From: Candidatus Eiseniibacteriota bacterium
Lineage (GTDB): Bacteria > Eisenbacteria > RBG-16-71-46
Direction: 5' to 3'
Assembly: GCA_963717935.1 (NCBI GenBank)
Contig: CAVQXP010000002.1
Location: forward strand, 64,001-128,000
Length of the DNA stretch: 64,000 bases
Shown here: positions 49,962-59,318 of the stretch, piece by piece
Layout of the letters: every line of letters begins with the position of its first letter
How positions within the stretch are numbered: position 1 is the first letter of the stretch
Program-made: the position numbers and the translations under genes
The notes under the pieces: model-generated
Database searches by the model: none
What the model was told of the DNA's origin: nothing
What the model saw: the letters and a program-made list of their open reading frames with translations, nothing else

Positions 49962-50518
49962 CGGGCGCTCCGCGTGCGCTTGAGGATGAGCTGGCTCATC
50001 CAGACCTCGATGTCCTGACCATCGCCCGCGCCGGCCTGCAGGACGAAGCGGTCCAGCGCGACGAGGCTCCCCGAGCGCGAGAGTTCGCCGAGCAGGTCCA
50101 CGAAGGCGGCGTAGCGGCCGCGCAGCTTCAGGTGCGCGCGCACCTGGACGCTGGAGGGCAACTGCGTCACCAGGCCCTGCTCGGTGGCGACGACCTCGAG
50201 GCCGCACTTCGCCACGAGTCGCGTCACCTCGTCGAGCAGGGCCGCGGTGAGGGCGCCCGAGGTGCCCTGCTCCTCGGCGACCGCGGTGTTGAGCGAGTTG
50301 CCGGCGAGCAGGGCCGCGGCCCGCGGCGAGGCGGCCGGGCGTGCGCCGGTGGCGGCGAGCGGCATGCCCAGCTCGGCCGCCTGCCGCACGTCCCTGCGGT
50401 AGCGCGCCAGCAGGGGCTGGAAGGCGGCCGCGTGCGCGGCGGCGAACCCCAGGAAGACGAGCAGGGCGGCGATGACCTGCCAGTTCCTGCGGGCGAGGTT
50501 CGTCCAGTAGGGGTTCAT
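49958..50518 (-). CDS. PilO/GspM-like protein
   Basis: One TM then LKLRGRYAAFVDLLGEL; operon position. Confidence 0.65.
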   Translation of the reverse strand: MNPYWTNLARRNWQVIAALLVFLGFAAAHAAAFQPLLARYRRDVRQAAELGMPLAATGARPAASPRAAALLAGNSLNTAVAEEQGTSGALTAALLDEVTRLVAKCGLEVVATEQGLVTQLPSSVQVRAHLKLRGRYAAFVDLLGELSRSGSLVALDRFVLQAGAGDGQDIEVWMSQLILKRTRSAR

Positions 50519-51099
50519 CAGCGGCACTCGATGCGGAACTCGGCCGGGGCATCCGCGCCACCGCCGATGCGGGACTCCACCAGCCGGATGGTGCGGTACT
50601 GCGCGGCGAACAGCGAGTCGGAATGCAGGGCGGCGACCAGGGCCATGATGCCCTGCATGCGGTCCTGCCCGGGCGCGGGCCGCAGCTTCCCGGTGAGGAG
50701 CAGCCGTTCCTGGTTGGCGGTGCCGGAGAGGTTGTCCGGGTTCGCGGTCACCGAGGTCAGCATCGCATCGCCGGGCAGCACCGCGGCAAGCCGCGCGAGC
50801 CGGATCTGCCAGCGGCGGGGGCTGGCGAGCGCGCGCTCGATCTGCGCGAGTTCCGCCGGTCCCGGCTGCCAGGCGGCGGTCGGATCGTGGTGGTTCTGCG
50901 CGCGTGCGTTCTGGGCCTCGAGCAGGCGCGCGCGCTGGGTGAGCGAGGCGCAGTTGAGGCCGTAGAGCCCCAGCACGACGGCGAGCGCGCCGAAATAGGC
51001 CACCCAGGTGCCCACGGCCACCGTGCGCCGGCGCGTGCGCGTCCTCTCCATCTGGTAGGCCTCGCGCCGGAAGTTGACGGTGAAGACGGGGTCCATCAC
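50518..51099 (-). CDS. PilN-like protein
   Basis: TVNF N-terminal motif, TM, coiled coil, LARLAAVLPGDAMLTSV. Confidence 0.7.
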   Translation of the reverse strand: MMDPVFTVNFRREAYQMERTRTRRRTVAVGTWVAYFGALAVVLGLYGLNCASLTQRARLLEAQNARAQNHHDPTAAWQPGPAELAQIERALASPRRWQIRLARLAAVLPGDAMLTSVTANPDNLSGTANQERLLLTGKLRPAPGQDRMQGIMALVAALHSDSLFAAQYRTIRLVESRIGGGADAPAEFRIECR

Positions 51100-52148
51100 G
51101 ATTTCCTCAGCGCGAGGCCGGAGGCCTGGGCGAACTGCGGCCCACCCTCGACGCGCGCGCGCGCGGCCCCGCCCAGGTCGGCGAACGGGTCGAAGACCGA
51201 GACCGGGAATTCCAGCAGGCTGCCGAGCTGCTCGGCGATGCCGGGCAGGCGCGCCGTGCCGCCCGAGATCTGCAGCCGCAGCGGGTCGGGCAGGCGCCCC
51301 AGCGTGCGGTAGAAGGCGAGCGAGCGGCGCACCTCGTCCACCAGTTTGCCCTCGAGCGCCGCGTGCGCCGCGCGCAGCTCACGGCCCGCCCAGTCCACGC
51401 GGAAGCCCGGTTCGCCCGAGCCCGCGGCCAGCTTCCACTCCTCGGCCTCCTCGAACGGGACCTGGAGCGCGACGGCGATGGCCTGCGTCAGGTGGTGGCC
51501 GCCGAAGTCGAGCCGGCGGGAGAAGTAGGGCTCGCCGCGCTGGAAGAACGCCAGGTGCGAGGCGGCGTGCCCGATGTCGAGCAGCAGCCGTGGCCCGCGG
51601 TCGCCTCCGGACGCGCGCACCACCGCGTTGGTCAGAGCGAGCGGCGCGGCATCCACGATGTCGGCGACCAGGTCCAGCCGCGCGAGCGGCGCGAGGTGGC
51701 GATCGAGGTGCTCGCGTGAGACCGCGGCGATCAGCACGTCCACCCGGCGCTCGGAGGGGTACCGCCCCAGCACCTGGTAGTCGATGACCATGGCCTGCGG
51801 GTCGAAGGGCAGGTGCTTGCGCGCCTCGAAGCGCAGGGCCTGGCCGACCTCGACCTCGTCCATGAGCGGCAGCTGGATCTGCTTGACGATGACATCGGAG
51901 CCCGAGATGCCCACGGTGATGCCGCGCACGGAGCGCAGCGAGACGCCGGCGCGCGCGGCGCAGGCCGAGATGGCCTGGGCGACCGCCTCGGGCGTGGGGG
52001 CGCCGTCGGCCGCGGCCGTGACGGGGTAGGCGGCTTCGGCGGCCAGCACTCGCACCGTGCCCATGCCCGGCTGCAGGGCGAAGAGCTTGACGCTGAAGCC
52101 TCCGAGGTCGAGTCCGACCCACGGCCGGGACACCAGACTGGCTCTCAT
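51096..52148 (-). CDS. pilM: Type IV pilus assembly protein PilM
   Basis: VGLDLG..SVK, EARKHLPF, IDYQVL, LLDIG, FGG..LT, EEAEEWK, SGGTARLPG, GLALR. Confidence 0.9.
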   Translation of the reverse strand: MRASLVSRPWVGLDLGGFSVKLFALQPGMGTVRVLAAEAAYPVTAAADGAPTPEAVAQAISACAARAGVSLRSVRGITVGISGSDVIVKQIQLPLMDEVEVGQALRFEARKHLPFDPQAMVIDYQVLGRYPSERRVDVLIAAVSREHLDRHLAPLARLDLVADIVDAAPLALTNAVVRASGGDRGPRLLLDIGHAASHLAFFQRGEPYFSRRLDFGGHHLTQAIAVALQVPFEEAEEWKLAAGSGEPGFRVDWAGRELRAAHAALEGKLVDEVRRSLAFYRTLGRLPDPLRLQISGGTARLPGIAEQLGSLLEFPVSVFDPFADLGGAARARVEGGPQFAQASGLALRKS

Positions 52149-52164
52149 GGGCGCAAGTTATAGG

Positions 52165-53400
52165 CTACCGGTCGCTTGCGTGCCAAGTGCCCGGCACCAG
52201 GTCGAGCCGCCGCCCACCGGCCAGGGAGACGTTGGGCAGGGCGCCGTTGGCGGCGAGCCCGTTGAGGAAGAACGTGTTCAGAGGGCCGTGCAGGTTGCGG
52301 TGGAGCGGCAGCAGGGCGGGGTCGGCGGGGCCCATGAATTCGGCCGAGCGGGCGAAGATGGACAGGTCCACGGTGCTGGAGCTGCCGTGGGGGTTCTCGC
52401 CGTGCATGAGGACGACCCGCCCGTTCGACACCAGGATCACGGGGATCGTGGCCTTCAGTCCGCCCTCGAACCGGATGCCGTTCGGCCCGGCGATGATGAC
52501 CAGGCAGTCCTGCCCCCCGAGACCGTCGATCAGCACCGGCTCGAAGACGAAGATGCCACGCGGCATCAGCCACACCGCGAGCCCCCGGGCCCGGACCTGG
52601 CAGCCGTAGGGATACAGTCTGAGCGAGAAGGTGGGATCGCTCTCGTCGGGGGTGCGGAAATACCCGACGTTCCCGCCAGCGCCCGCGTCGAGGCTGTAGA
52701 TGGGGTCGGTCGGGGTGCCCGACACGAGGGGCAGCGCGGCCAGGTCGATGGGACCTGGATGCTGGGTCAGGAATGGGGCCACGGCCGGCAGGGGGACCAC
52801 GGGGCTCTTGAAGATGCTGTCCGGCGGGGGCGGGTACAGGAGGGGCTTCCAATCCTCCGGATCCTGCGGCGAGCTGTCCCAGACCGGGCCATCGAGCCAC
52901 ACGCGCTGGTTGCGGTCCGGGTACGTCGGATCGGTGCTCACGGTCACGATCTCGATGCCTTCGCTCACGGTGAGGAGCGGGGAGTAATAGCTCAGGGCCC
53001 GGCTCGGGGTGAACAGCCCCTCGATCGTCCGTTGCGCGCCGTTCACCTCGGCGGTCACGCGGATGGTGACATCCGTGCCGTCCCAGTCGACCGCGCCGGT
53101 CGACTGGCCGTCCTGGATGGCCACGGCGGCGACGATGTTCTCGATCGGCGGGCTCTGCGCCACCACGTTCTCGAGATGGTACGGGGGCGTCGCGAGCACG
53201 AACTTGGCGCGCTCGATGCCGCCCGCCGCGGACTGGAACGCCTGCTCGCCATCGATCGAGCGCTGGAGGAACCGCGCCTCGTAGCTCGAGAGGCTGAAGA
53301 GCGACATGCCGATGATGGTGAGCGCGAGCACGAAGATGACGACCCCGATGAGGACGAAACCGGCCTCGCCCGGACGTGGACTGCGGTTGGACCGGGTCAC
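52165..53400 (-). CDS. PilX-like minor pilin with large C-terminal domain
   Basis: EAG|FVLIGVVIFVLALTIIG (no Glu5); AFQSAAGGIERA. Confidence 0.7.
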   Translation of the reverse strand: MTRSNRSPRPGEAGFVLIGVVIFVLALTIIGMSLFSLSSYEARFLQRSIDGEQAFQSAAGGIERAKFVLATPPYHLENVVAQSPPIENIVAAVAIQDGQSTGAVDWDGTDVTIRVTAEVNGAQRTIEGLFTPSRALSYYSPLLTVSEGIEIVTVSTDPTYPDRNQRVWLDGPVWDSSPQDPEDWKPLLYPPPPDSIFKSPVVPLPAVAPFLTQHPGPIDLAALPLVSGTPTDPIYSLDAGAGGNVGYFRTPDESDPTFSLRLYPYGCQVRARGLAVWLMPRGIFVFEPVLIDGLGGQDCLVIIAGPNGIRFEGGLKATIPVILVSNGRVVLMHGENPHGSSSTVDLSIFARSAEFMGPADPALLPLHRNLHGPLNTFFLNGLAANGALPNVSLAGGRRLDLVPGTWHASDR

Positions 53401-53906
53401 GGCGACGGGGTCCCGCGATTGTAGAGTGCCGCGGCGGAGGTGATGCGCACCAGCTGCCCGTCGCCCGAGCGCAGCTCGATCAGGCGGATCTGCACCAGCC
53501 GGTCGAGGGTGTCGAGCTGGAAGCGCAGGACACGCGAGGCGACCACCGGGCCGTGGTCGCCCGGATGACCGAGCAGGTCGGTCGCCCCCTGGTGGACGAG
53601 CGAGTCGTTCCCGTCCCACCAGAAGCGCCACTGCTCGATCTGGTCCTGGTCGAAGAGCACGAGCCCCTGGTGGAGCGAATCGGGTGAGTCGATGACCTGG
53701 GCGATGCACGCCGCGCGCACGTGGTCCGAGACGGTTTCGACCAGCAGGGTGGCGTCGCGCTGGGCCAGCGCCTGGGTGGAGCCGGCCATCCACGTGGACT
53801 GGGAGCTGATGTAGAAGCTGACCATCCCCATCACGACCAGGGTGGACAGGGCCGTCACGATCGAGACCTCGACCAGCGTCAAGCCCCGTCCTGGATGCAG
53901 GTCCAT
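53397..53906 (-). CDS. PilW-like minor pilin
   Basis: RG|LTLVEVSIV class III signal. Confidence 0.75.
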   Translation of the reverse strand: MDLHPGRGLTLVEVSIVTALSTLVVMGMVSFYISSQSTWMAGSTQALAQRDATLLVETVSDHVRAACIAQVIDSPDSLHQGLVLFDQDQIEQWRFWWDGNDSLVHQGATDLLGHPGDHGPVVASRVLRFQLDTLDRLVQIRLIELRSGDGQLVRITSAAALYNRGTPSP

Positions 53907-53911
53907 GGTCT

Positions 53912-54349
53912 TCAATGGAGGGGGAAGAGCCGCGTGAGCGACGTGGTCTCGCCGGGAGTGAGCCGGCCCCAGGAGACGGTGACCGTCACCTTCTTGAGGT
54001 CGATGTCCCCGGCATGGATCCCGTCCGCCGGGTCGTCGTAGGCCTCGACCAGCCAGGACTCGCGGGCCACGGTCCGCCCGTCCACCTGGACGTCGAGCGG
54101 GCCATGCAGGCCGTACGTCAGGTCGGGGGCCGTGGCGGTCCCGGCGCTCAGCGTCTCCATCCGGCGCTGCGCCGCGGCCAGCGCCACGCGGGCGGCCTCG
54201 TACTGATTGACGAGCCCGCGGCCCGCGCCGAACGAATAGGCGAGGGCGACGACGGCGATGATCGCGATGACGGTCGCGACCACCACCTCCATCAGGCCCA
54301 CGCCCCGCTCGTTGCGGAGGATGAGTGGCGACGAACGATCGACGGCCAC
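53912..54349 (-). CDS. PilV-like minor pilin
   Basis: NERG|VGLMEVVVA; KKVTVTVSW; start uncertain. Confidence 0.75.
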   Translation of the reverse strand: MAVDRSSPLILRNERGVGLMEVVVATVIAIIAVVALAYSFGAGRGLVNQYEAARVALAAAQRRMETLSAGTATAPDLTYGLHGPLDVQVDGRTVARESWLVEAYDDPADGIHAGDIDLKKVTVTVSWGRLTPGETTSLTRLFPLH

Positions 54350-54396
54350 GCAATCGAACGCGGTCGGTGTTGCTCCGTGACGTGCCAAGGTTCCTG

Positions 54397-54825
54397 CTAC
54401 TGGTCGGTGAATACGCCGCCCTCACCCTGTGCGTAGGTGTAGGTGACCCCGATCACCGGCTGGCTGCCCGTGTAGGTGGCGATGACCGTATACCCCGTTG
54501 CGTCAGCGGTCACCTGGAAGGTCCACTTGACCTTGGCGTCCTCGATGTTCAGGAGCACGTCGCCTTCCAGCGGCGTACCGGGTCTCCCTTCGAGTTCGTC
54601 CAGCGTGCCGTAGGTCGCCGGCACGCCCGGGTACTTGCTCTGCATCTTCAGGAAGTAGGCCTGCTCGGCCGTGGAGATCGCGCCGATCGCCGCCTTGGCT
54701 TCGGTACGCTGTGCGTCCTTCACGTAGTTGATGTAGAGCGGGACCGCCACCGCGGCGAGGATGGCCACGATCACGATGACCACCATGAGTTCCATCAAGG
54801 TGAAGCCCTTCTCGTTCCTGCGCAT
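54397..54825 (-). CDS. pilA: Major type IV pilin
   Basis: GAGGAG RBS; MRRNEKG|FTLMELMVVIVIVAILAAVAVPLY. Confidence 0.88.
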   Translation of the reverse strand: MRRNEKGFTLMELMVVIVIVAILAAVAVPLYINYVKDAQRTEAKAAIGAISTAEQAYFLKMQSKYPGVPATYGTLDELEGRPGTPLEGDVLLNIEDAKVKWTFQVTADATGYTVIATYTGSQPVIGVTYTYAQGEGGVFTDQ

Positions 54826-54967
54826 GATGCCTCTCCTCAGGGTTGCTGGCTCTCCGTCCGACGTTGCACGCGCGAACGGGTCGCCGTGCGGCGAATGATG
54901 CGAACTCCGCGCGCCGTTCCGTGCGGCGCGCAGCACCTGGTCCGGTTGCTCGCGATCCCGGACCCGA

Positions 54968-56230
54968 CTAGTGGCCCAGCAGGCCCTGACGCATGGCCTG
55001 GCCGAGGCTGAAGATGGGCAGGTAGAGCGCGATCAGCATGATGCCCACGATCGCCCCGAGGATGACGATCGCGATCGGCTCCACCAGCGAACTGAGCCCC
55101 TGCACCGCCGCCGACACGCGCTGCTCGTAGAAGTCGGCGGTGCGCCTGAGCATGTTGTCCAACTGCCCGGTCTCTTCGCCCGTGGCGGTCATCTGCACGA
55201 GCATCTCGGGGAAGACGCCGGTCTCCGTCATCGCCCGCGAGAGGCTGCTGCCCTGCTCGACCCGCAAGCGCACCTGCTCGATGCCCTGTTCGAGCACCCT
55301 GTTCCCGGGCACCGGGCGCAGGACCCTGAGCGCGTAGAGGATCTGCGTGCCGCTCGAGGTCAGCATGCCCAGGGTCCGGGCGAACTTCGTGATCGCGTAC
55401 ATCCGGATGAGCGGGCCGAAGACCGGGAGCCCGAACTTGGCCCGGTCGATCCACATCCGCCCGGCCTCGGTGCGCGCGGCGTTCCAGCCGGCCACCACGG
55501 CCACCGCCGTGAGCAGGAGCGTCGCTGCGAGGTTCCGGGTGATGGTGTGGCTGATGGCCAGCAGGACGAGCGTGGGCCAGGGCAGCGGCACCTTGAACCG
55601 GCCGTAGATCTCCGAGAAGCGCGGGATGACCCAGAGCAGCATGCCCACCAGGACGAGCATCGAGAAGACGAGCACGAAGGTCGGGTAGCGCAGGGCCGCC
55701 TCGACCTTGAGCCGCAGCTCCTCGGCGCGCTCGAGGTAGGTGGCGGTCTGATCGAGGATCTGGTCGAGCGTGCCGCTGATCTCGCCGGTGTTCACCAGGC
55801 TCACGAACACCTCGTCGAAGGCCTCGGGGTGCCGGGCCATCGCGGTGGCCAGCGTATCGCCCTTCTGCACGTCGTCGGCCACGTGATTGAGGATGGTCGC
55901 CAGGCGCCGGTCCTCGTGGTCGCGGCAGATCGAGCGCAGCGACTTCACCAGCGGCAGCCCGGCGCCCACCATGGTCGAGAGCTGGCGCGCGAAGAGCGCC
56001 ACCGAGGCCGGTTTCACCGTGCCCCTCAGGCGCCGCCCGAAGCCGTGCCACAGGGCGCCCAGGTCCGCGCCCGGCGCGGCCTCGCCCTCGGCGGCGCGCG
56101 TCTCGATCGAGACCGGCACGAGCTGCGCGTTCTCCAGGATGCGCAGCACGTCCTCCTCGGAGTTGGCCACCTCGACCCCCTCGTGAGGACGTCCGTCCAG
56201 GCCGCGCGCGCGGTAGTGGAAACTCGGCAT
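54968..56230 (-). CDS. pilC: Type IV pilus platform protein (PilC/GspF)
   Basis: FARQLSTMVGAGLPL, GEISGTL, ALRYP, GEETGQL, LVEP, LYLPIF. Confidence 0.93.
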   Translation of the reverse strand: MPSFHYRARGLDGRPHEGVEVANSEEDVLRILENAQLVPVSIETRAAEGEAAPGADLGALWHGFGRRLRGTVKPASVALFARQLSTMVGAGLPLVKSLRSICRDHEDRRLATILNHVADDVQKGDTLATAMARHPEAFDEVFVSLVNTGEISGTLDQILDQTATYLERAEELRLKVEAALRYPTFVLVFSMLVLVGMLLWVIPRFSEIYGRFKVPLPWPTLVLLAISHTITRNLAATLLLTAVAVVAGWNAARTEAGRMWIDRAKFGLPVFGPLIRMYAITKFARTLGMLTSSGTQILYALRVLRPVPGNRVLEQGIEQVRLRVEQGSSLSRAMTETGVFPEMLVQMTATGEETGQLDNMLRRTADFYEQRVSAAVQGLSSLVEPIAIVILGAIVGIMLIALYLPIFSLGQAMRQGLLGH

Positions 56231-57951
56231 CAGGCGTGGTCCGCGAGCGTGGCGTAGCGCACTTCGTCGATGGTGGTCACGCCCTCGAGGATCTTGCGGA
56301 TGCCGCTCTTGCGCAGGGTCACGAGGCCCTCGCCCATGGCGTGCTGCTTGATCTGGTCCTCGTTGAGCCCGTCCAGCACCATGCGGCGCATGCCGCGCGA
56401 CAGTTCGAGCACCTCGAACAGGGCGGTGCGCCCCAGGTAGCCGGTCTGCTTGCACGCGAGGCAGCCGCGCCCGCGCCACAGGCGGCGGCCGGCCAGCAGC
56501 GCGCCGTCGTCGCCGAGCGGGGCGAGTTGCTCGGGGTCGGCGATGTAGCTCTCCTTGCAGCGCTCGCAGACGCGGCGCACCAGGCGCTGCGCCATCACCA
56601 GCGCCACCGCCGAACCCACCAGGTAGCGCGGCACGCCCATGTCGATCAGGCGGGTCACGGTGCCGGGGGTGTCGTTGGCGTGCACGCTCGAGAGCATGAG
56701 GTGCCCGGTGAGGGCGCTCTTGACCGCGATGTCGGCGGTCTCGGCGTCGCGGATCTCGCCGATCATGATGATGTCCGGGTCCTGGCGCAGGATGGAGCGC
56801 AGGGCGCGCGCGAAGGTCATGCCGACCTTGTGGTTCGCGTGCACCTGGTTCACGCCCTCGATGTGGTACTCGATCGGGTCCTCGACCGAGATCAGGTTCT
56901 TCGAGACCGTCTTGATCTCGCTGAGCGCGGAGTAGAGCGTCGTGGTCTTGCCGCTGCCGGTCGGCCCGGAGACCAGGATCATGCCGTGGGGCAGGTGGAT
57001 GGCGCGGCGGAAGGCCTCGAGCCCGGAGCCGTCGAGGCCCAGGTTCTCGATCTCGCGCGTGAAGGCCTTCTTGTCGAAGAGGCGCATCACCACCTTCTCG
57101 CCGAAGGCCGTGGGCAGGGTGGAGACGCGGATGTCCACCTCGCGGTCGGGCAGGTGCACGGTCAGGCGCCCGTCCTGCGGCAGCAGGCGCACGGCGATGT
57201 CGACGTCGGCCAGCACCTTGATGCGCGAGACGATGGCCATCTGCAGGTTCTTGGGCGGCTTCATCACCTCGTGCAGGGCGCCGTCGATGCGGAAGCGCAC
57301 GGTGAGGCGGTCGCGCATCGGCTCCACGTGGATGTCGCTGGCGCGCGCGTCGATCGCCTCGGCCAGCATCAGGTTGACGAGCCGCACGACGGGCGCGTCC
57401 TCGACCTGCTGGCGCAGGGCGGCGAGGTCCACGTCCTCCTCCGCGGCCGCCGCCGAGAGGTCGATCTTGTCGAGGATCTCGCCCAGGTTCTCCGAGCTGC
57501 GGATCTTCTGGTAGAAGTTGTCGATCGCCTCGCGCGCCTCGCTCGGGTGGGCCAGGCAGACGCGCAGCGTGCAGCCCGTGAGGGCCCTCAGGTAATCGAG
57601 CGAGACCACGTCGAGCGGGTCGCCCACGGCGACGTCGAGCGTGTCGCCCTCGCGCCGGAGCGCGAGCAGCAGGGCCTGCCGGGCCAGGTGCTCGGGGACG
57701 AGCTCCACCGCCTCGGGGTCGGCTTTGGCGAGGTGCTCCGCGTCCACCACGCTCAGCGAGAACTGCTCGCCCAGCAGCTCGGTGACGTCGCGCTCCTTGA
57801 GCAGTCCCAGGCGCACCAGGGTCTGGCCCAGGCGCTCGCGCGGGTCCTGGCGCGAGCGCAGCGCCAGCGCCAGCTGCTCGGGGTCCACCCAGCCGCGCTC
57901 GATCAGCAACTCGCCGAAGCGACGCGTCGAAAGCCGGAACGAGAGGCTCAT
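56230..57951 (-). CDS. pilB: Type IV pilus extension ATPase with N-terminal MshEN-like motif
   Basis: ASDIHVEP, LPQDGR, GPTGSGKTTTLY, EDPIEY, LRQDPDIIMIGEIRD, TGHL, CERC/CLAC. Confidence 0.93.
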   Translation of the reverse strand: MSLSFRLSTRRFGELLIERGWVDPEQLALALRSRQDPRERLGQTLVRLGLLKERDVTELLGEQFSLSVVDAEHLAKADPEAVELVPEHLARQALLLALRREGDTLDVAVGDPLDVVSLDYLRALTGCTLRVCLAHPSEAREAIDNFYQKIRSSENLGEILDKIDLSAAAAEEDVDLAALRQQVEDAPVVRLVNLMLAEAIDARASDIHVEPMRDRLTVRFRIDGALHEVMKPPKNLQMAIVSRIKVLADVDIAVRLLPQDGRLTVHLPDREVDIRVSTLPTAFGEKVVMRLFDKKAFTREIENLGLDGSGLEAFRRAIHLPHGMILVSGPTGSGKTTTLYSALSEIKTVSKNLISVEDPIEYHIEGVNQVHANHKVGMTFARALRSILRQDPDIIMIGEIRDAETADIAVKSALTGHLMLSSVHANDTPGTVTRLIDMGVPRYLVGSAVALVMAQRLVRRVCERCKESYIADPEQLAPLGDDGALLAGRRLWRGRGCLACKQTGYLGRTALFEVLELSRGMRRMVLDGLNEDQIKQHAMGEGLVTLRKSGIRKILEGVTTIDEVRYATLADHA

Positions 57952-57952
57952 C

Positions 57953-59077
57953 TCAGGTCCTCCGTGCGCCCGATTCGGGGACGACCGCCACGCGGTAGTA
58001 GCGCTTCTGCAGCACGCTGCGCTTCTCGGTGTCCTCGAAGAAGGGGTAGGCGGTCTCGAAGGTGACCGTGCCGCGGTCCACCAGATCGGCGAGCGAGTCG
58101 TCGAGCGAGATCATGTCCTCGCGCGCTCCGGTGGCGATGGCGTTGGGGATCTGGTGGATCTTGTCCTCGCGGATCAGGTTCGCGACGGCCGGGTTGACGA
58201 ACAGGAGCTCGCGCGCGGCCACGCGGCCGCGGCCGTCCGCCCGCGGCAGCAGCACCTGCGCGACCACCGCCCGCAGCGTGAGCGCCAGCTGCGAGCGGAC
58301 CTGCGACTGCTGGTGCGGCGGGAACGAGTCGATGATGCGCGTCACGGTCTGCGCGGCGCTCTGCGTCGCCATCGTCGAGATGACCAGGTTGCCCGTCTCG
58401 GCGGCGCTGAGCGCGATGGCCATGCTGGCGAGGTCGCGCATCTCACCCACGAAGATGACGTTCGGCATCTGCCGCAACGCCCCGCGCAGACCGCGCGCGT
58501 AGCTCTTGGTGTCGGTGCCCACCTCGCGCTGCTCGAACACCGCGTTCTTCGGCTCGAACACGAACTCGATGGGATCCTCGACGGTCACGATGTGGCGTCG
58601 CAGGCCCTGCTGGTTCAGCTGCTCGAGCAGTGCGGCGATGGTCGTGGACTTGCCGGCGCCGGTCGGACCGGTCACCAGCACCAGGCCGCGTGCGATGCCC
58701 AGCACGCGGCTGACCACGTGGGGGGGCAGTCCCAGCTCCGAGGGCAGGGGGATCTGGAGCGGGACGACGCGGACCGCGGCGCCCCAGTGGCCCCGCTGGA
58801 TGAAGAGGTTCACGCGGAAGTGGGCGACGCCCGGCAGGAAGAAGCGCGTGTCCAGCTCCAGGTCGCGCAGGAAGCGCTCGTGCAGGGCCGGGTTGAGGAA
58901 GCTCTCGGCCAGCCGGCGGGACTCCATGGGCGTCAACGGATCGATGCCCGGCAACGGCTGGAGCACCCCGGCCACGGTCACCATCACGGGGTGACCCGTG
59001 GTGATAAGCAGGTCGGAGGCGCCCAGTTCGACGGCCTGGTGCAGCACCGCGTCGCGCTGGAGCGGGGGTGGGGTCAT
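57953..59077 (-). CDS. pilT: PilT/PilU-family retraction ATPase with degenerate His box
   Basis: GASDL, FRVNLF.QRG, TGPTGAGKSTT, EDPIEF, QREVG, VGEMRD, AAETG, ANLIRE. Confidence 0.88.
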   Translation of the reverse strand: MTPPPLQRDAVLHQAVELGASDLLITTGHPVMVTVAGVLQPLPGIDPLTPMESRRLAESFLNPALHERFLRDLELDTRFFLPGVAHFRVNLFIQRGHWGAAVRVVPLQIPLPSELGLPPHVVSRVLGIARGLVLVTGPTGAGKSTTIAALLEQLNQQGLRRHIVTVEDPIEFVFEPKNAVFEQREVGTDTKSYARGLRGALRQMPNVIFVGEMRDLASMAIALSAAETGNLVISTMATQSAAQTVTRIIDSFPPHQQSQVRSQLALTLRAVVAQVLLPRADGRGRVAARELLFVNPAVANLIREDKIHQIPNAIATGAREDMISLDDSLADLVDRGTVTFETAYPFFEDTEKRSVLQKRYYRVAVVPESGARRT

Positions 59078-59288
59078 TGGCAAGCCGTCACGCCGGGTTC
59101 GGTCCCTTGTCTGGATGTCGTGGGGTGCGCTTCAAGCCGTGGGAAGAGCCGGCCCGTGCCCGATGCGAACCGGACGGTGCAGCCGACGCATGGAATCCCC
59201 TGTACGACAGGGACGCATGGAACGTTCCGCTGCAGCAGTCTTCCACGGCGGCGCCGGGGCCAAATGGATGAAAGCCTAGCGATGCCGG

Positions 59289-59318
59289 AGGATAGGTTCG
59301 GCTCCCGGCGGGTGTCAA
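59289..59318 (-). promoter_or_regulatory. Sigma70 promoter of the pil operon
   Basis: Minus strand TTGACA-18nt-TATCCT about 210 nt upstream of pilT. Confidence 0.6.

Noticed and set aside
54370..54390. Sigma54 promoter from TTGGCACG upstream of the minor pilins (similar half-sites near 42630, 52183, 59322)
   Set aside because: The -12 GC is not at the required GG-N10-GC spacing
2726..58065. Many very long antisense or off-frame ORFs (e.g. 2726..5212, 10217..12694, 16798..19599, 23777..26203, 56236..58065)
   Set aside because: Shadow ORFs expected at this GC content; Arg/Pro/Gly-rich, no motifs, and each overlaps a well-supported gene
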